From Alphaproteobacteria bacterium (lineage in GTDB: Bacteria > Pseudomonadota > Alphaproteobacteria > RF32 > CAG-239), in NCBI GenBank assembly GCA_017457005.1, contig JAFTII010000009.1, forward strand, positions 3,392 to 67,391: a DNA stretch of 64,000 bases, read 5' to 3'. The notes under the pieces are model-generated. The model was not told the origin of the DNA, did no database searches, and worked only from the letters and a program-made list of their open reading frames with translations. A program made the position numbers and the translations under genes. Of the stretch, positions 20,107-30,265 are shown piece after piece. Positions within the stretch are counted from its first letter, which is position 1, and each line of letters begins with the position of its first letter.

Positions 20107-21213
20107 ATGAAGAATAAATTGATAACTAAAGAAGATGCTGATAAATTAGCTGCTAACCCCGGATTAGCAAACAAATCTGATATTGCCCAAAAAGTTAGCA
20201 CTTATTACAACGGCAACAATATCGCTCCTGTTTGTGCCAAACTGGCTGAAGACATCTTTAGAATAATGCTAAAAGATGTTGAGGAAAAAGTACGTCAAGC
20301 ATTATCTGAAGCTCTCAAGAATTGTCATACTTTGCCTAGCGATATTGTTGAATCTATCATCAATGATTCTGACGCTGTTGCCACACCGTTCATCCGACAT
20401 TATCAAAACCTAAGCAATGAAGATATGTACAAAATTCTTAATATTCCCAGCATTGCCAAACAAAAAGCCCTCGCCTTAAGAACAAACCTTCCTTCAGAAA
20501 TATCCCAATACATTGTAAAACAATGCCCGGAAGAGATTGTGGGCGTTCTTATTACCAATGAAAGCGCTAATATTAGCGAACACACCTATTCTTCAATTAT
20601 TCAAAAATATCATCAAAATCAGAAAATTAACGAACTCTTGATATCTCGTTCTGAGTTACCCACCTCAATAATTGAAAAAATAGCTAACTCTTTATCAGAG
20701 GAATTAAAAAAACGTCTTATCTTATCTCATAATTTGCCCAACAATTTAGCCGCAGATATTATAGAAGAAGTAAAAGAAAAAGCCGCATTAAAAATATCTG
20801 AAGACTATAGTTCAGACAAGCAAATAGAAGAACTTGTTCACCAACTATACAGCTCCAATCGTTTGACTCCGACACTAGTTGTACGCTCAATTTGCATGGG
20901 CGACCTCAAATTTTTTGAGTATGCAATCGTTTACTTATCCAATACTCCGATTCTGGAAGTCAGAAAAACCTTGTTTAATTCTTCTGCTGATTTTATGGTT
21001 CGCAATCTTTTACGTAAAGCTTTTATTCCCAAATCAATGTTTCCTGCTGTTTTTTCTGCTCTAAAAGTTATTAATGAGATTCATTTTGACTGTTGCAAAA
21101 GTAATCGCAAAAACTTTGCCCATAAAGTTATTGAGAGAATTCTTTCATATACCCCTAATAACGATGAACTTAGCGAAGAAGACATTCGCTACTTAGTATC
21201 AAAAATAAGTTAA
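20107..21213 (+). CDS. DUF2336-like HEAT-repeat protein
   Basis: 368 aa. AEDIFRIMLKDVEEKVRQALSEALKNCHTLPSDIVESIINDSDAVATPFI matches the remembered DUF2336 pattern common in alphaproteobacteria. Confidence 0.55.
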   Translation: MKNKLITKEDADKLAANPGLANKSDIAQKVSTYYNGNNIAPVCAKLAEDIFRIMLKDVEEKVRQALSEALKNCHTLPSDIVESIINDSDAVATPFIRHYQNLSNEDMYKILNIPSIAKQKALALRTNLPSEISQYIVKQCPEEIVGVLITNESANISEHTYSSIIQKYHQNQKINELLISRSELPTSIIEKIANSLSEELKKRLILSHNLPNNLAADIIEEVKEKAALKISEDYSSDKQIEELVHQLYSSNRLTPTLVVRSICMGDLKFFEYAIVYLSNTPILEVRKTLFNSSADFMVRNLLRKAFIPKSMFPAVFSALKVINEIHFDCCKSNRKNFAHKVIERILSYTPNNDELSEEDIRYLVSKIS

Positions 21214-21273
21214 ACTTATCGTTTTTTTAACATTTTTTTATCATACTGAACAAAACAATTTAAGGAGTTCAGT

Positions 21274-22956
21274 GTGATTACATCAGCAGATAAAATTCTT
21301 GACGATATATTTTCAATTATCAATAATTTAACGTCATCCGACAATAGCGACGATATTATAGAAAAATCCTTAGATGTCGCAGCCGATATTGTATCTGCAG
21401 ACGGATATTTCTTTTTTAATATTAGTTCTGAAAAACAAATGTCGCTTGAAAAATTCCGGATTACAAGCTTACAAGATCGTATCAATTATGAAGATAAGGC
21501 TCTGATTTTTCCTTCCAAAACATTATCCGAAATCAAAAACAAAGCCTTAAAATCTCCATCGGAATTATCTGCCTGTAACTTAGAAAAATTCAGCTCCGAA
21601 AACATATATACTCATAAAGAGATTGACACTTCTGCATTTGCAAAAATTGATGAATTATACAACTATAGCACATCTTCGGTATTTTCTATTCCTCTAGTCG
21701 GTTCACAAAAAAATCTGTTAGGAATAGTAACATTCATAAACGCTCAAGATGATAAAGGAAAAAGCATCTGCTTTACCGGCAAAGCACAAGAAATCATGAC
21801 ATCAATTTGTCAACTTATAACTCTTGCTCTTGAAAACCGACAAATAAACCTTAGTAACTCTCAACTTCTGGAATCTTTTATTGATGTTATTATACGCGCC
21901 ATAAACTCAAAATCTCCTTCTACCAGCAATCACTGTCAACGCGTACCTATTATTGCAAAAATGCTCACCTCCGCAGCTGTTGAAGAACAACAAGGTCCTC
22001 TAAAGGACTTTGAAATGACAGAAAAAGATTGGCATGCTCTGCATGTTGCTTCTTATTTACATGATTGCGGAAAAATCACAACTCCCGAACATATTGTAGA
22101 AAAAGCCACCAAGCTTGAAAGCATAAATAATCGCATTCACGAAATACGAAATCGCTTTGAAATACTACGCAGAGACGCACATATAAAATACCTACAAAAA
22201 CGCCTTGCAAACTCTGATAATAAAGAAAACTTACAAGCTGAATTTGTTGCCGAAGTAAAAGAGCTTGAAGATGATTTTGCCTTTATCGCCCAATGCAATA
22301 CCGGAGATTTTCCGGTTTCTGCTCAAGATAAAGAGCGCCTTGAAAAAATTTCCGCAAAAACATTTACTCGTTATTTTAACCGGATGCTTGGCTTATCTTG
22401 GGCTGAAAAAACGGCCATTACCAATCCGGAATTTTATAATCATCCGGCACAAGAAAACATCTTACAGGATCGTCCGGATCATCTTACCGATAACTATAAC
22501 TTCGGGGAATTATATAACCTAAAAGTTGAACACGGAACCATAAATGCCGAGGAACGAAAAAAGATAAACGAACATATCAACGTTACGATAGAAATGCTCA
22601 GAGCCCTTCCTCCGTCTGATGAAATGAGAAAAATTATTGAATATGCCGGCTGTCACCATGAATGGGTTAACGGACAAGGATACCCGAATCAGCTAACCGG
22701 TGATCAAATGTCTGTTCCCGCAAAAATCATGGCCATAGCTGATGTTTTTGAGGCTCTTTCTTCAAGAGACCGAACTTATAAGGCCCCCAAAAAGCTTTCT
22801 GAAATATTGCAGATTATGCAAGAAATGAAAAACATCGGACACTTAGACCCTGACCTATACCAAATATTCATAACCAAACAAATTTATTTGGAATACGCCA
22901 AACAATATATAGAACCTGAACAAATAGATGATGTCATTCCGGAGAACTATTTATAA
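21274..22956 (+). CDS. HD-GYP domain cyclic-di-GMP phosphodiesterase with N-terminal GAF-like sensor region
   Basis: YLHDCGKITTP (HD) and HHEWVNGQGYP (GYP). GTG start in the ORF track. Confidence 0.8.
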   Translation: MITSADKILDDIFSIINNLTSSDNSDDIIEKSLDVAADIVSADGYFFFNISSEKQMSLEKFRITSLQDRINYEDKALIFPSKTLSEIKNKALKSPSELSACNLEKFSSENIYTHKEIDTSAFAKIDELYNYSTSSVFSIPLVGSQKNLLGIVTFINAQDDKGKSICFTGKAQEIMTSICQLITLALENRQINLSNSQLLESFIDVIIRAINSKSPSTSNHCQRVPIIAKMLTSAAVEEQQGPLKDFEMTEKDWHALHVASYLHDCGKITTPEHIVEKATKLESINNRIHEIRNRFEILRRDAHIKYLQKRLANSDNKENLQAEFVAEVKELEDDFAFIAQCNTGDFPVSAQDKERLEKISAKTFTRYFNRMLGLSWAEKTAITNPEFYNHPAQENILQDRPDHLTDNYNFGELYNLKVEHGTINAEERKKINEHINVTIEMLRALPPSDEMRKIIEYAGCHHEWVNGQGYPNQLTGDQMSVPAKIMAIADVFEALSSRDRTYKAPKKLSEILQIMQEMKNIGHLDPDLYQIFITKQIYLEYAKQYIEPEQIDDVIPENYL

Positions 22957-23711
22957 TGCTTAACATAGAAACAGTCCTTTGCCGTGCCGGCTCAATGAAC
23001 AATTATAGCTATATTATCTTTTCTGAAGATAATTCTGTATGTGCCGTAATTGACCCATCAGAAGCATTCCCTATTATTTCAAGACTCAAACAACTAAATT
23101 TAATTCCCCAATATATTTTTAATACACATCATCATTTTGATCATACAGATGCCAATGCGGAACTTAAAAACTTATACAACTGCAAGGTAGTTGCTAATAT
23201 TAACGATTCTTCCAGAATTCCGGAATTTGAAATTGGTATCATACCTGATAAATGCTACAAATTATCGCCTAAAGAATTATCTCCGATATCTTGTATGGAT
23301 AAATCATCTCTTAGTTTTCAAATTATTGATGTCTCCGCACACACACAAGGACACATTTTATACTATTTTCCAAACGATAAAGCTCTTTTTACCGGAGACA
23401 CCCTCTTTAATTTATGCATTGGCGGTTTGTTTGAAGGAACACCGGAGCAAATGTTCAATTCTCTTCAAAAAATTAAAGAGCTCCCTGATGATACTTTATT
23501 TTATCCCGGTCACGAATATACCGCTCATGGTGTTTCTGAGGCATATACTCTCTTGAATGGCAACCAAGATATTCAAAATTACCTGCAAAAAGCTCAAAAT
23601 CGCTTACAAAAAGGTTTGCCTGCCGGTCCGTATAGTTTAAAAGAAGAAAAAAAATGTAACCCTTATTTACGAGCTAAAAGCTTAAATGATTTTCTTAACC
23701 TTTTTAGCTGA
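22956..23711 (+). CDS. gloB: Hydroxyacylglutathione hydrolase (glyoxalase II)
   Basis: THHHFDHTD metallo-beta-lactamase motif, and C-terminal GHEYT...NPYLR. Start overlaps the upstream stop. Confidence 0.85.
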   Translation: MLNIETVLCRAGSMNNYSYIIFSEDNSVCAVIDPSEAFPIISRLKQLNLIPQYIFNTHHHFDHTDANAELKNLYNCKVVANINDSSRIPEFEIGIIPDKCYKLSPKELSPISCMDKSSLSFQIIDVSAHTQGHILYYFPNDKALFTGDTLFNLCIGGLFEGTPEQMFNSLQKIKELPDDTLFYPGHEYTAHGVSEAYTLLNGNQDIQNYLQKAQNRLQKGLPAGPYSLKEEKKCNPYLRAKSLNDFLNLFS

Positions 23712-23780
23712 CAAAATATTAGACAAAACACTTTTTATGTGCTAAAATACAAATATCAATAAATCTCTTGGAGAAATAAA

Positions 23781-24968
23781 ATGGCTGAAAAAAATACAAA
23801 CAATGACTTAGAATCCTTAAGACAAGAAATCCTTGCCAAATTAGAAGGGCTTGAAAAAGGACAAGCTATTGTGCAGAAAATGAATGAAGAAGATCTCTTA
23901 GCATTAAAAGGTCTTAGTGCAGAAAAAACAAGAGAACAAATTGGTATAATTCTCACAGAAAAGCAAGAAAGCAATACCGACTCGCAGCCTGAAACTTCTC
24001 AACAAGAGCCGACAAAAAACAGCGACACACAAAAAAATAATGAACCATTAAACGTAGATGAACAAATAAATAGCATTACTGTCAATGAAATCCAAGATGA
24101 AAAGCCTCAAGAAACTGACCAAAATGAAGATTGGCGAGCCAGAGTGAGAGCTAAAGAAAAAGAAGCCAACCAAGAATTAGGCAATAATTTCCAAGAAGTT
24201 GAAACTAATGATAAAAGCGCTCCTCTTACTTTTAAAGATGACAAAGGTAACTCTCACGAATTCAGTGATGAAAATCATTGCCGAGTAGCCGGTGACCAAA
24301 CAGCTTTTGACCAACTTGCTCGTACAGCCAAAAAACTCGGTAAAGACGCAATCAATTTCGGAGAATTTAAAGAACACCCTGAATACCGCACTCGTCTTTA
24401 TCTTGCTTGCTTAAAAGAAGGTCTTCAACCGACAGGAAATGTCCCTTCTAATGAAGAAGTTGAAAATTCTCCCGAAGCTAAAGAAATAGTAAAAGAACTA
24501 ATAAAGAAAAATCGTAAAGAGCTTAGACAAGAGTTAAATGCTTCTCGCAAAGCATTGGCTACTACACAAGCTGCTTGGGAAAATGATCCTGACTACTCTA
24601 CATTAACCACAGCCTATAATACAGCTTGGGAAGCACACAAAAATTCGCCTTCCGAAAACACCAAAAACACTTTAGAACAAGCAAAACAAAATCTAAATAA
24701 AAACCCTGCTTACCAAAACTATAGTTCCGCTAAAGACCAATATAAAGAAACTTTAAACAAAGCCACAGAATTTTATCTTCAATACGGCTCGGAAAAAGAT
24801 GCCCACCAAACCCGAGAACAACGAGAAGACCGTCTCCGCACCCACCTTAACAACTATAATCCTAAAGAATTCTTTAAAGACAAACAAGGTAACAAATTAA
24901 AAAATTACCAACAGCAAGTAAAACAACATCAATTACGTTATAACATTATGAAAGCTGCTTCTCGCTAA
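23781..24968 (+). CDS. Hypothetical highly charged 395-aa protein
   Basis: ORF with a good RBS (GGAGAAATAAAATG). Rich in E, K, Q and N, with no TM, signal peptide or known motif. Confidence 0.5.
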   Translation: MAEKNTNNDLESLRQEILAKLEGLEKGQAIVQKMNEEDLLALKGLSAEKTREQIGIILTEKQESNTDSQPETSQQEPTKNSDTQKNNEPLNVDEQINSITVNEIQDEKPQETDQNEDWRARVRAKEKEANQELGNNFQEVETNDKSAPLTFKDDKGNSHEFSDENHCRVAGDQTAFDQLARTAKKLGKDAINFGEFKEHPEYRTRLYLACLKEGLQPTGNVPSNEEVENSPEAKEIVKELIKKNRKELRQELNASRKALATTQAAWENDPDYSTLTTAYNTAWEAHKNSPSENTKNTLEQAKQNLNKNPAYQNYSSAKDQYKETLNKATEFYLQYGSEKDAHQTREQREDRLRTHLNNYNPKEFFKDKQGNKLKNYQQQVKQHQLRYNIMKAASR

Positions 24969-24974
24969 ATATAG

Positions 24975-25682
24975 CTAATCAGCCACAACAAACTTGCGAA
25001 CAAATTCTTTGCGCTCGGCTCTCGGTTTACGCCATAAATTAGCGATTCCGTTAATCGGCTGTACTACATTTTTAGATTTAAAATCAAAATCCCGACAAAA
25101 GAACAATGATGTAGTTTTCGGATAATTATTCATTGGGCAAAATCCATAAAAATCAACTTGCAATAATCCTGCTGAACGCAGTGCATTAATTGATTTACGA
25201 TATTCCTCACTGGTATTAACTCTATCACTGTCATCTAAAATGATTACTCCACCTTTTGCGATTCGTTTTAAAGCTGTTTCGCAACATTTTTCTCTCCGCT
25301 TACCATCAACCACAATCACATCATACTTGGTTTCATTTTCCAAAATAGCATTTTCATAACCTTCGCCTTCATCTCGCCATAACACAGTCAGATTTTCAGC
25401 TTTCATTTCTTCTTGCCATTTTGCAAACCACTTCGGATTATCTTCAATACTAATCACTTCCAGCGCTCTTTCTGCCCAATATTTAGAGGAATTACCACAC
25501 CCGAATTCAAAAATTTTCTTATCTTTATAATCAAATTGGCTCAAATATTCTATTGCCGGATATGTGTACCAAGGAATAGGATTACCGTCTTTATCTTCAC
25601 AAACTTTCTCATCTATTGTTCTTGCAATAGCAAAATCATCTATCCAACATTTTATAAATTTAGAAACTTTTTCACTAAACAT
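24975..25682 (-). CDS. Class I SAM-dependent methyltransferase-like protein
   Basis: Motif I-like IFEFGCGNSS, and post-I/II DVIVVDG and GGVIILDD. Confidence 0.55.
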   Translation of the reverse strand: MFSEKVSKFIKCWIDDFAIARTIDEKVCEDKDGNPIPWYTYPAIEYLSQFDYKDKKIFEFGCGNSSKYWAERALEVISIEDNPKWFAKWQEEMKAENLTVLWRDEGEGYENAILENETKYDVIVVDGKRREKCCETALKRIAKGGVIILDDSDRVNTSEEYRKSINALRSAGLLQVDFYGFCPMNNYPKTTSLFFCRDFDFKSKNVVQPINGIANLWRKPRAERKEFVRKFVVAD

Positions 25683-25760
25683 TTTATTTCACTCACTTGA
25701 AAGCCGAATCAAAACAGCTATATCATAAATGGATTAGATATTTTTACAAGGAGATAAAAA

Positions 25761-25979
25761 ATGTTTTGGAGAAATTTGGCACTTGTTCTAACCATCATCG
25801 GTGGTGTAAACTGGGGACTCGTCGGTGCATTTGACTTTGACCTCGTAGCCTTTTTATTCGGACCATTCAGCGTATTAAGCCGTATTACTTATATCTTGGT
25901 TGGTTTATCCGCTTTAGCAATGATTTTTGTACCTATGTGTTCTGTTAAAGAAGCTTTAAATCGCAAAACAACAAACTAA
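25761..25979 (+). CDS. DUF378 small membrane protein
   Basis: IGGVNWGLVGAFDFDLVAFLFG is the DUF378 signature. Confidence 0.8.
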   Translation: MFWRNLALVLTIIGGVNWGLVGAFDFDLVAFLFGPFSVLSRITYILVGLSALAMIFVPMCSVKEALNRKTTN

Positions 25980-25991
25980 CATATCTCTAAT

Positions 25992-26033
25992 AATAAGCAC
26001 TATCTGTTATCAGATAGTGCTTATTATTTTTTT
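25992..26033. terminator. Bidirectional terminator (15-bp stem) overlapping the holA stop
   Basis: aataagcactatctg ttat cagatagtgcttatt followed by a T run. Confidence 0.7.
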
Positions 26034-27055
26034 GCCAATTTGGCTGCTGCCGATGATATTTGTAGCAATGCATAACTAAGAACTTCAAAATTTGGAACAT
26101 TTGTGGTCTTACAATCTTTTTCGCAATTATATAACAATTCCATAACCCCAAAAAGTTTGTCTTTAGACCAAATTGCCAACTGCCGCTTAAAAGACGATAA
26201 ACGATAAAATAACAATTTAGGCGTTAATTTATTTATAGCAGAATCAATCGTCTCGCCTTTTTCAACCTGAGCCAAACAACTCAACAATTTACTAAAATGA
26301 TAAGTTAAGGCTCTCACAATAGTTACTGGCTCTTCCCCCTCATTAATTGATCTTTGCAATGCAATCATTGCTTTTTCTGCATATCCTCCGGCAACAAAAT
26401 AACAAATATCCTCTCCTGAAGAAGAAGATTGATCAGCAATAGAAGCTTGAACATCATCTGTTGTTATATTTTTTTTATCACCGATATAAGTTATCAGTTT
26501 ATCTATCTCTCCAATATTAGTTTTTCTGTCCGCCGACAAACGCGAACAAAGCAACTGTAACGCCTCATTATTAATTGTAATTCCTGCTTCTATCAATTTT
26601 GTTTTTGCCGTTGCAAAAACATCTTCATCTCTATCATCATAACATGCAATTGCAGCAAACTTATCTTCTTTTTCTGCCCACATAACCAATGATGATTTTT
26701 TATTTAAAGATGATGAATATATAACCAACAAAGTATTTGAAAGATTATTTTCCAACAAAGCTTTTAAATGTTTAGTCAAATTATTATCCGCATCTTTTAC
26801 CACAACCACTCTACGTCCGCCCATTAAGGACTGGCTATTATATTCCGCAGATAAAATTCCTACATCGGCATTAATATCCGAACCATTCAAATAAGCCACA
26901 CAAAACGGATCATATAAATCTTTAGATACGGTGGCAATCAAACCACGAACATATTCGGCAATCAGACCTTCATTACCGCCATACACCAAAAAACCTTTAA
27001 TATCCGGATTCGGTTTCTTCAAAAAACTCTCAATTTGTGCTGACTTATATATCAA
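26024..27055 (-). CDS. holA: DNA polymerase III delta subunit
   Basis: 343 aa, in the conserved leuS-lptE-holA arrangement. FLVYGGNEGLI and RRVVVVKDA are typical of HolA. Confidence 0.8.
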   Translation of the reverse strand: MIYKSAQIESFLKKPNPDIKGFLVYGGNEGLIAEYVRGLIATVSKDLYDPFCVAYLNGSDINADVGILSAEYNSQSLMGGRRVVVVKDADNNLTKHLKALLENNLSNTLLVIYSSSLNKKSSLVMWAEKEDKFAAIACYDDRDEDVFATAKTKLIEAGITINNEALQLLCSRLSADRKTNIGEIDKLITYIGDKKNITTDDVQASIADQSSSSGEDICYFVAGGYAEKAMIALQRSINEGEEPVTIVRALTYHFSKLLSCLAQVEKGETIDSAINKLTPKLLFYRLSSFKRQLAIWSKDKLFGVMELLYNCEKDCKTTNVPNFEVLSYALLQISSAAAKLAKK

Positions 27056-27606
27056 GACCTATCCTTTAATTTCTTGTTTTGTTGAGCATGAAAATATGCA
27101 CCTATACGCAAAGCAATATCATCGGCAATAATTTTAGCGGCATCCGCCTCTGTTTTCTTTTGTGCCATTGTAGTTGAAAAAGGATTATCCATAATATCAT
27201 AACTCACATAAGCAACACTATCACCGTTTAATAACTGCTTATTGTTTTCTCCCATCATCCTATAAACAACCTTATATGCAACACGTTCATTTGTTGCGGT
27301 AATATCTCGTCGCATTGCTTGCTGAACAATGCTTCTGCTTTGTAAATTAACAATCAACCTATATTTAGGATTTTTAGGAGTCCCTTTAGGAGTCAATGTA
27401 TCCAGCAAAGAATTTTTCATCATTTGCCCAAATCGTCCCTCAATGGGTTCAATCTTGATTGCCGCCATTTTTGATATTATGGAAGTATCATTTTTTCCAC
27501 CAAAATACCAAGATCCGGTTTTATCTCTTTGAACATAGAGTGGTTCAAACCCGCACGCAGAAACAAACACCATCATGCTCAAAAAACATAGAGATAATTT
27601 TTTCAT
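27052..27606 (-). CDS. lptE: LPS-assembly lipoprotein LptE
   Basis: Lipobox FVSAC. 184 aa, immediately downstream of leuS, with a 4-nt overlap with holA. Confidence 0.7.
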   Translation of the reverse strand: MKKLSLCFLSMMVFVSACGFEPLYVQRDKTGSWYFGGKNDTSIISKMAAIKIEPIEGRFGQMMKNSLLDTLTPKGTPKNPKYRLIVNLQSRSIVQQAMRRDITATNERVAYKVVYRMMGENNKQLLNGDSVAYVSYDIMDNPFSTTMAQKKTEADAAKIIADDIALRIGAYFHAQQNKKLKDRS

Positions 27607-27619
27607 TATCGTATCCTTT

Positions 27620-30076
27620 TTATACCACTAAATTTACAATTTTATTTGGCACAACAATAATTTTCTTTATTTCTTTATCTGCAATTTGTTTCTGAACATT
27701 TTCAAGAGCCAAAGCGGCTTTTTCTACATCTTCGCGAGAAGCATCTTTAGGCATTTCAACAGTTCCGCGAACTTTTCCGCAAATCTGCACTGCGTATATA
27801 ACGGTATTATCTTCAGCCAATTTAGCATCACCAAACGGCCAAGCTTCCGTTACAACTAAAGTATCGTATCCTAATCTTGCCCACATTTCCTCTGCCAAAT
27901 GTGGTGCAAAGGGGCATAACAAACGAATTAGATTACTATACAACTCCGGAGCAATTTTCTCTTTTCCTGAAAGGTAATTAACAAAAGTCATTAAAGATGA
28001 TACCGCAGTATTAAATCTCATCTGATCAATTCTTTCTCCAACTTCCAAGATACATTTGTGCATTGCTCTTAAATCAGCTTCACTAGGCTTAATATCAGCA
28101 TATACTTTTTTAAACAGATTATAAATTTTACCGACAAAACGATATACGCCCATCAGGCTCTCATCTGACCACATCGCAACTTGATCAAACGGACCGATAA
28201 ACATTTCATACAAACGGAACGTATCAGCTCCGTATGCCTCAACAATATCATCAGGATTTATAACGTTTCCTCTTGATTTAGACATTTTTTCGCCGTTTTC
28301 AGCCAAAATCATTCCGTGTGAGGTCCTACGATTATATGGTTCAGAGGTAGGAACCAATCCGCAATCATACAAAAACTTATGCCAAAAACGAGAATATAAT
28401 AAGTGTAGAGTGGTATGTTCCATTCCACCATTGTACCAATCTACATTCATCCAGTAATCTAAAGCCTCTTTAGATGCAAATTCTTTATCATTATGAGGAT
28501 CACAATAACGTAAGAAATACCAAGATGATCCGGCCCAATTCGGCATGGTGTCGGTTTCTCTTCTGGCATGCCCGCCACATTTAGGACAACTTGTATTTAA
28601 CCAATCTCCGGCTTTAGATAACGGAGACTCTCCTTCATCATTCGGATGATAATCCGGAACTTGAGGTAAAGTTAATGGCAATTCAGATTCCGGAATAGGC
28701 TGCCATCCGCATTTTTCACAATACACCATCGGGATAGGCTCTCCCCAATATCTTTGGCGAGAGAAAACCCAATCACGCAATTTGAAATTAACTTTTGCAT
28801 GCCCAAAACCATTTTTCTCGGCATAGTCAATTGCGGCCTTCATTCCTTCTTCTTTATTCATTCCGTTCAAAAATCCGGAATTAATATGAACACCATCTTC
28901 TTCCCATGCTTTTTCTGAAATGTCTCCTCCGTCCAAAACCGGAATTATAGGCAAATCAAACACTTTTGCAAAATCATAATCTCTTTGATCATGCGCCGGT
29001 ACCGCCATAATAGCTCCTGTTCCGTAACCGGTTAAAACATAATCTGAAATAAACACCGGAATTTCTTTGCCGGTATATGGATTAACCGCCATCATTCCTT
29101 TCAGTTCAACACCGGTCTTTGCATCGTCCATCGTACGCTGTAAATCAGATTTTTTAGCAGTCTCTTCAATATAAGCTTTTATTTCAGATTGATTCGTAAA
29201 TTGTTCCATATATTTCTGAACAAATTTATGCTCTGGAGCCAAAACCATGTATGTAACTCCAAAAGCAGTGTCCGGACGAGTTGTAAAAACTGTCAAACGG
29301 TCATTTCCGAAAGAAAAATCTAATTCCGCCCCCTCAGAACGTCCGATCCAATTAATTTGTTGAGCTTTTACTCTGTCAATAAAATCAAGTCCGCCTAAAT
29401 CATTAATTAACCGATCCGCATATTTGGTAATAGCAATCATCCATTGTTCTTTATCTTTGCGCACAACTTCCGCCCCACAACGCTCACAATGTCCGTTAAT
29501 TACTTCTTCATTTGCAAGCCCTACTTTACATACCGGACACCAGTTAATTGCTATTTTATCTTTATACGCCAACCCCTTTTCAAAAAATTTTATAAACATC
29601 CACTGTGTCCATTTATAATATTCGGGAGATGAGGTATCTATACATCTGTCCCAATCAAAACTAAAACCTAAAGCCTTAAGCTGTCTGGTAAAGTTTTCAA
29701 TATTTGCTTTTGTAGAAATTTCCGGATGGACACCGGTTTTAATGGCATAATTTTCTGCCGGCAAACCAAATGCATCAAACCCCATAGGATAAAGAACGTT
29801 AAAACCTTCCATCCTCTTCTTACGAGAAATAACATCTAATGCCGTATATGAACGAGGATGCCCGACATGTAATCCGGCACCTGACGGATAAGGAAATTCC
29901 ACCAACGCATAAAATTTTTCTTTATTTTTATCAATTTCAACTTTATAGGCCTTTTCAGTTTCCCAAATAGCCTGCCACTTTTTTTCTATTTTTTTAAAAT
30001 TATAACGATCTTCCAAAGACCATTCTTTTTGCCATTCTTCAAAACTGTTTTTTCCGTCATATCTGCTATTGTTCAT
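27620..30076 (-). CDS. leuS: Leucine--tRNA ligase
   Basis: 818 aa. HVGH (HIGH), KMSKS, and zinc-binding CPVC/CERC. Confidence 0.95.
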   Translation of the reverse strand: MNNSRYDGKNSFEEWQKEWSLEDRYNFKKIEKKWQAIWETEKAYKVEIDKNKEKFYALVEFPYPSGAGLHVGHPRSYTALDVISRKKRMEGFNVLYPMGFDAFGLPAENYAIKTGVHPEISTKANIENFTRQLKALGFSFDWDRCIDTSSPEYYKWTQWMFIKFFEKGLAYKDKIAINWCPVCKVGLANEEVINGHCERCGAEVVRKDKEQWMIAITKYADRLINDLGGLDFIDRVKAQQINWIGRSEGAELDFSFGNDRLTVFTTRPDTAFGVTYMVLAPEHKFVQKYMEQFTNQSEIKAYIEETAKKSDLQRTMDDAKTGVELKGMMAVNPYTGKEIPVFISDYVLTGYGTGAIMAVPAHDQRDYDFAKVFDLPIIPVLDGGDISEKAWEEDGVHINSGFLNGMNKEEGMKAAIDYAEKNGFGHAKVNFKLRDWVFSRQRYWGEPIPMVYCEKCGWQPIPESELPLTLPQVPDYHPNDEGESPLSKAGDWLNTSCPKCGGHARRETDTMPNWAGSSWYFLRYCDPHNDKEFASKEALDYWMNVDWYNGGMEHTTLHLLYSRFWHKFLYDCGLVPTSEPYNRRTSHGMILAENGEKMSKSRGNVINPDDIVEAYGADTFRLYEMFIGPFDQVAMWSDESLMGVYRFVGKIYNLFKKVYADIKPSEADLRAMHKCILEVGERIDQMRFNTAVSSLMTFVNYLSGKEKIAPELYSNLIRLLCPFAPHLAEEMWARLGYDTLVVTEAWPFGDAKLAEDNTVIYAVQICGKVRGTVEMPKDASREDVEKAALALENVQKQIADKEIKKIIVVPNKIVNLVV

Positions 30077-30265
30077 TTTTTTATCCTGTTTTGTTATACA
30101 TTCAGCTTCATATCATTTTTTTAATTTCAAAACTAAACTGATTATTTCAGAAATCTTATTAAAAACTAGCCTAATTTAATATATTTGACAAGATAGATTT
30201 TTCATACTTGTAATTATTGGCAGAATCATTACAATAGACTGACAACCTATCGGAAAGCTATTTCA

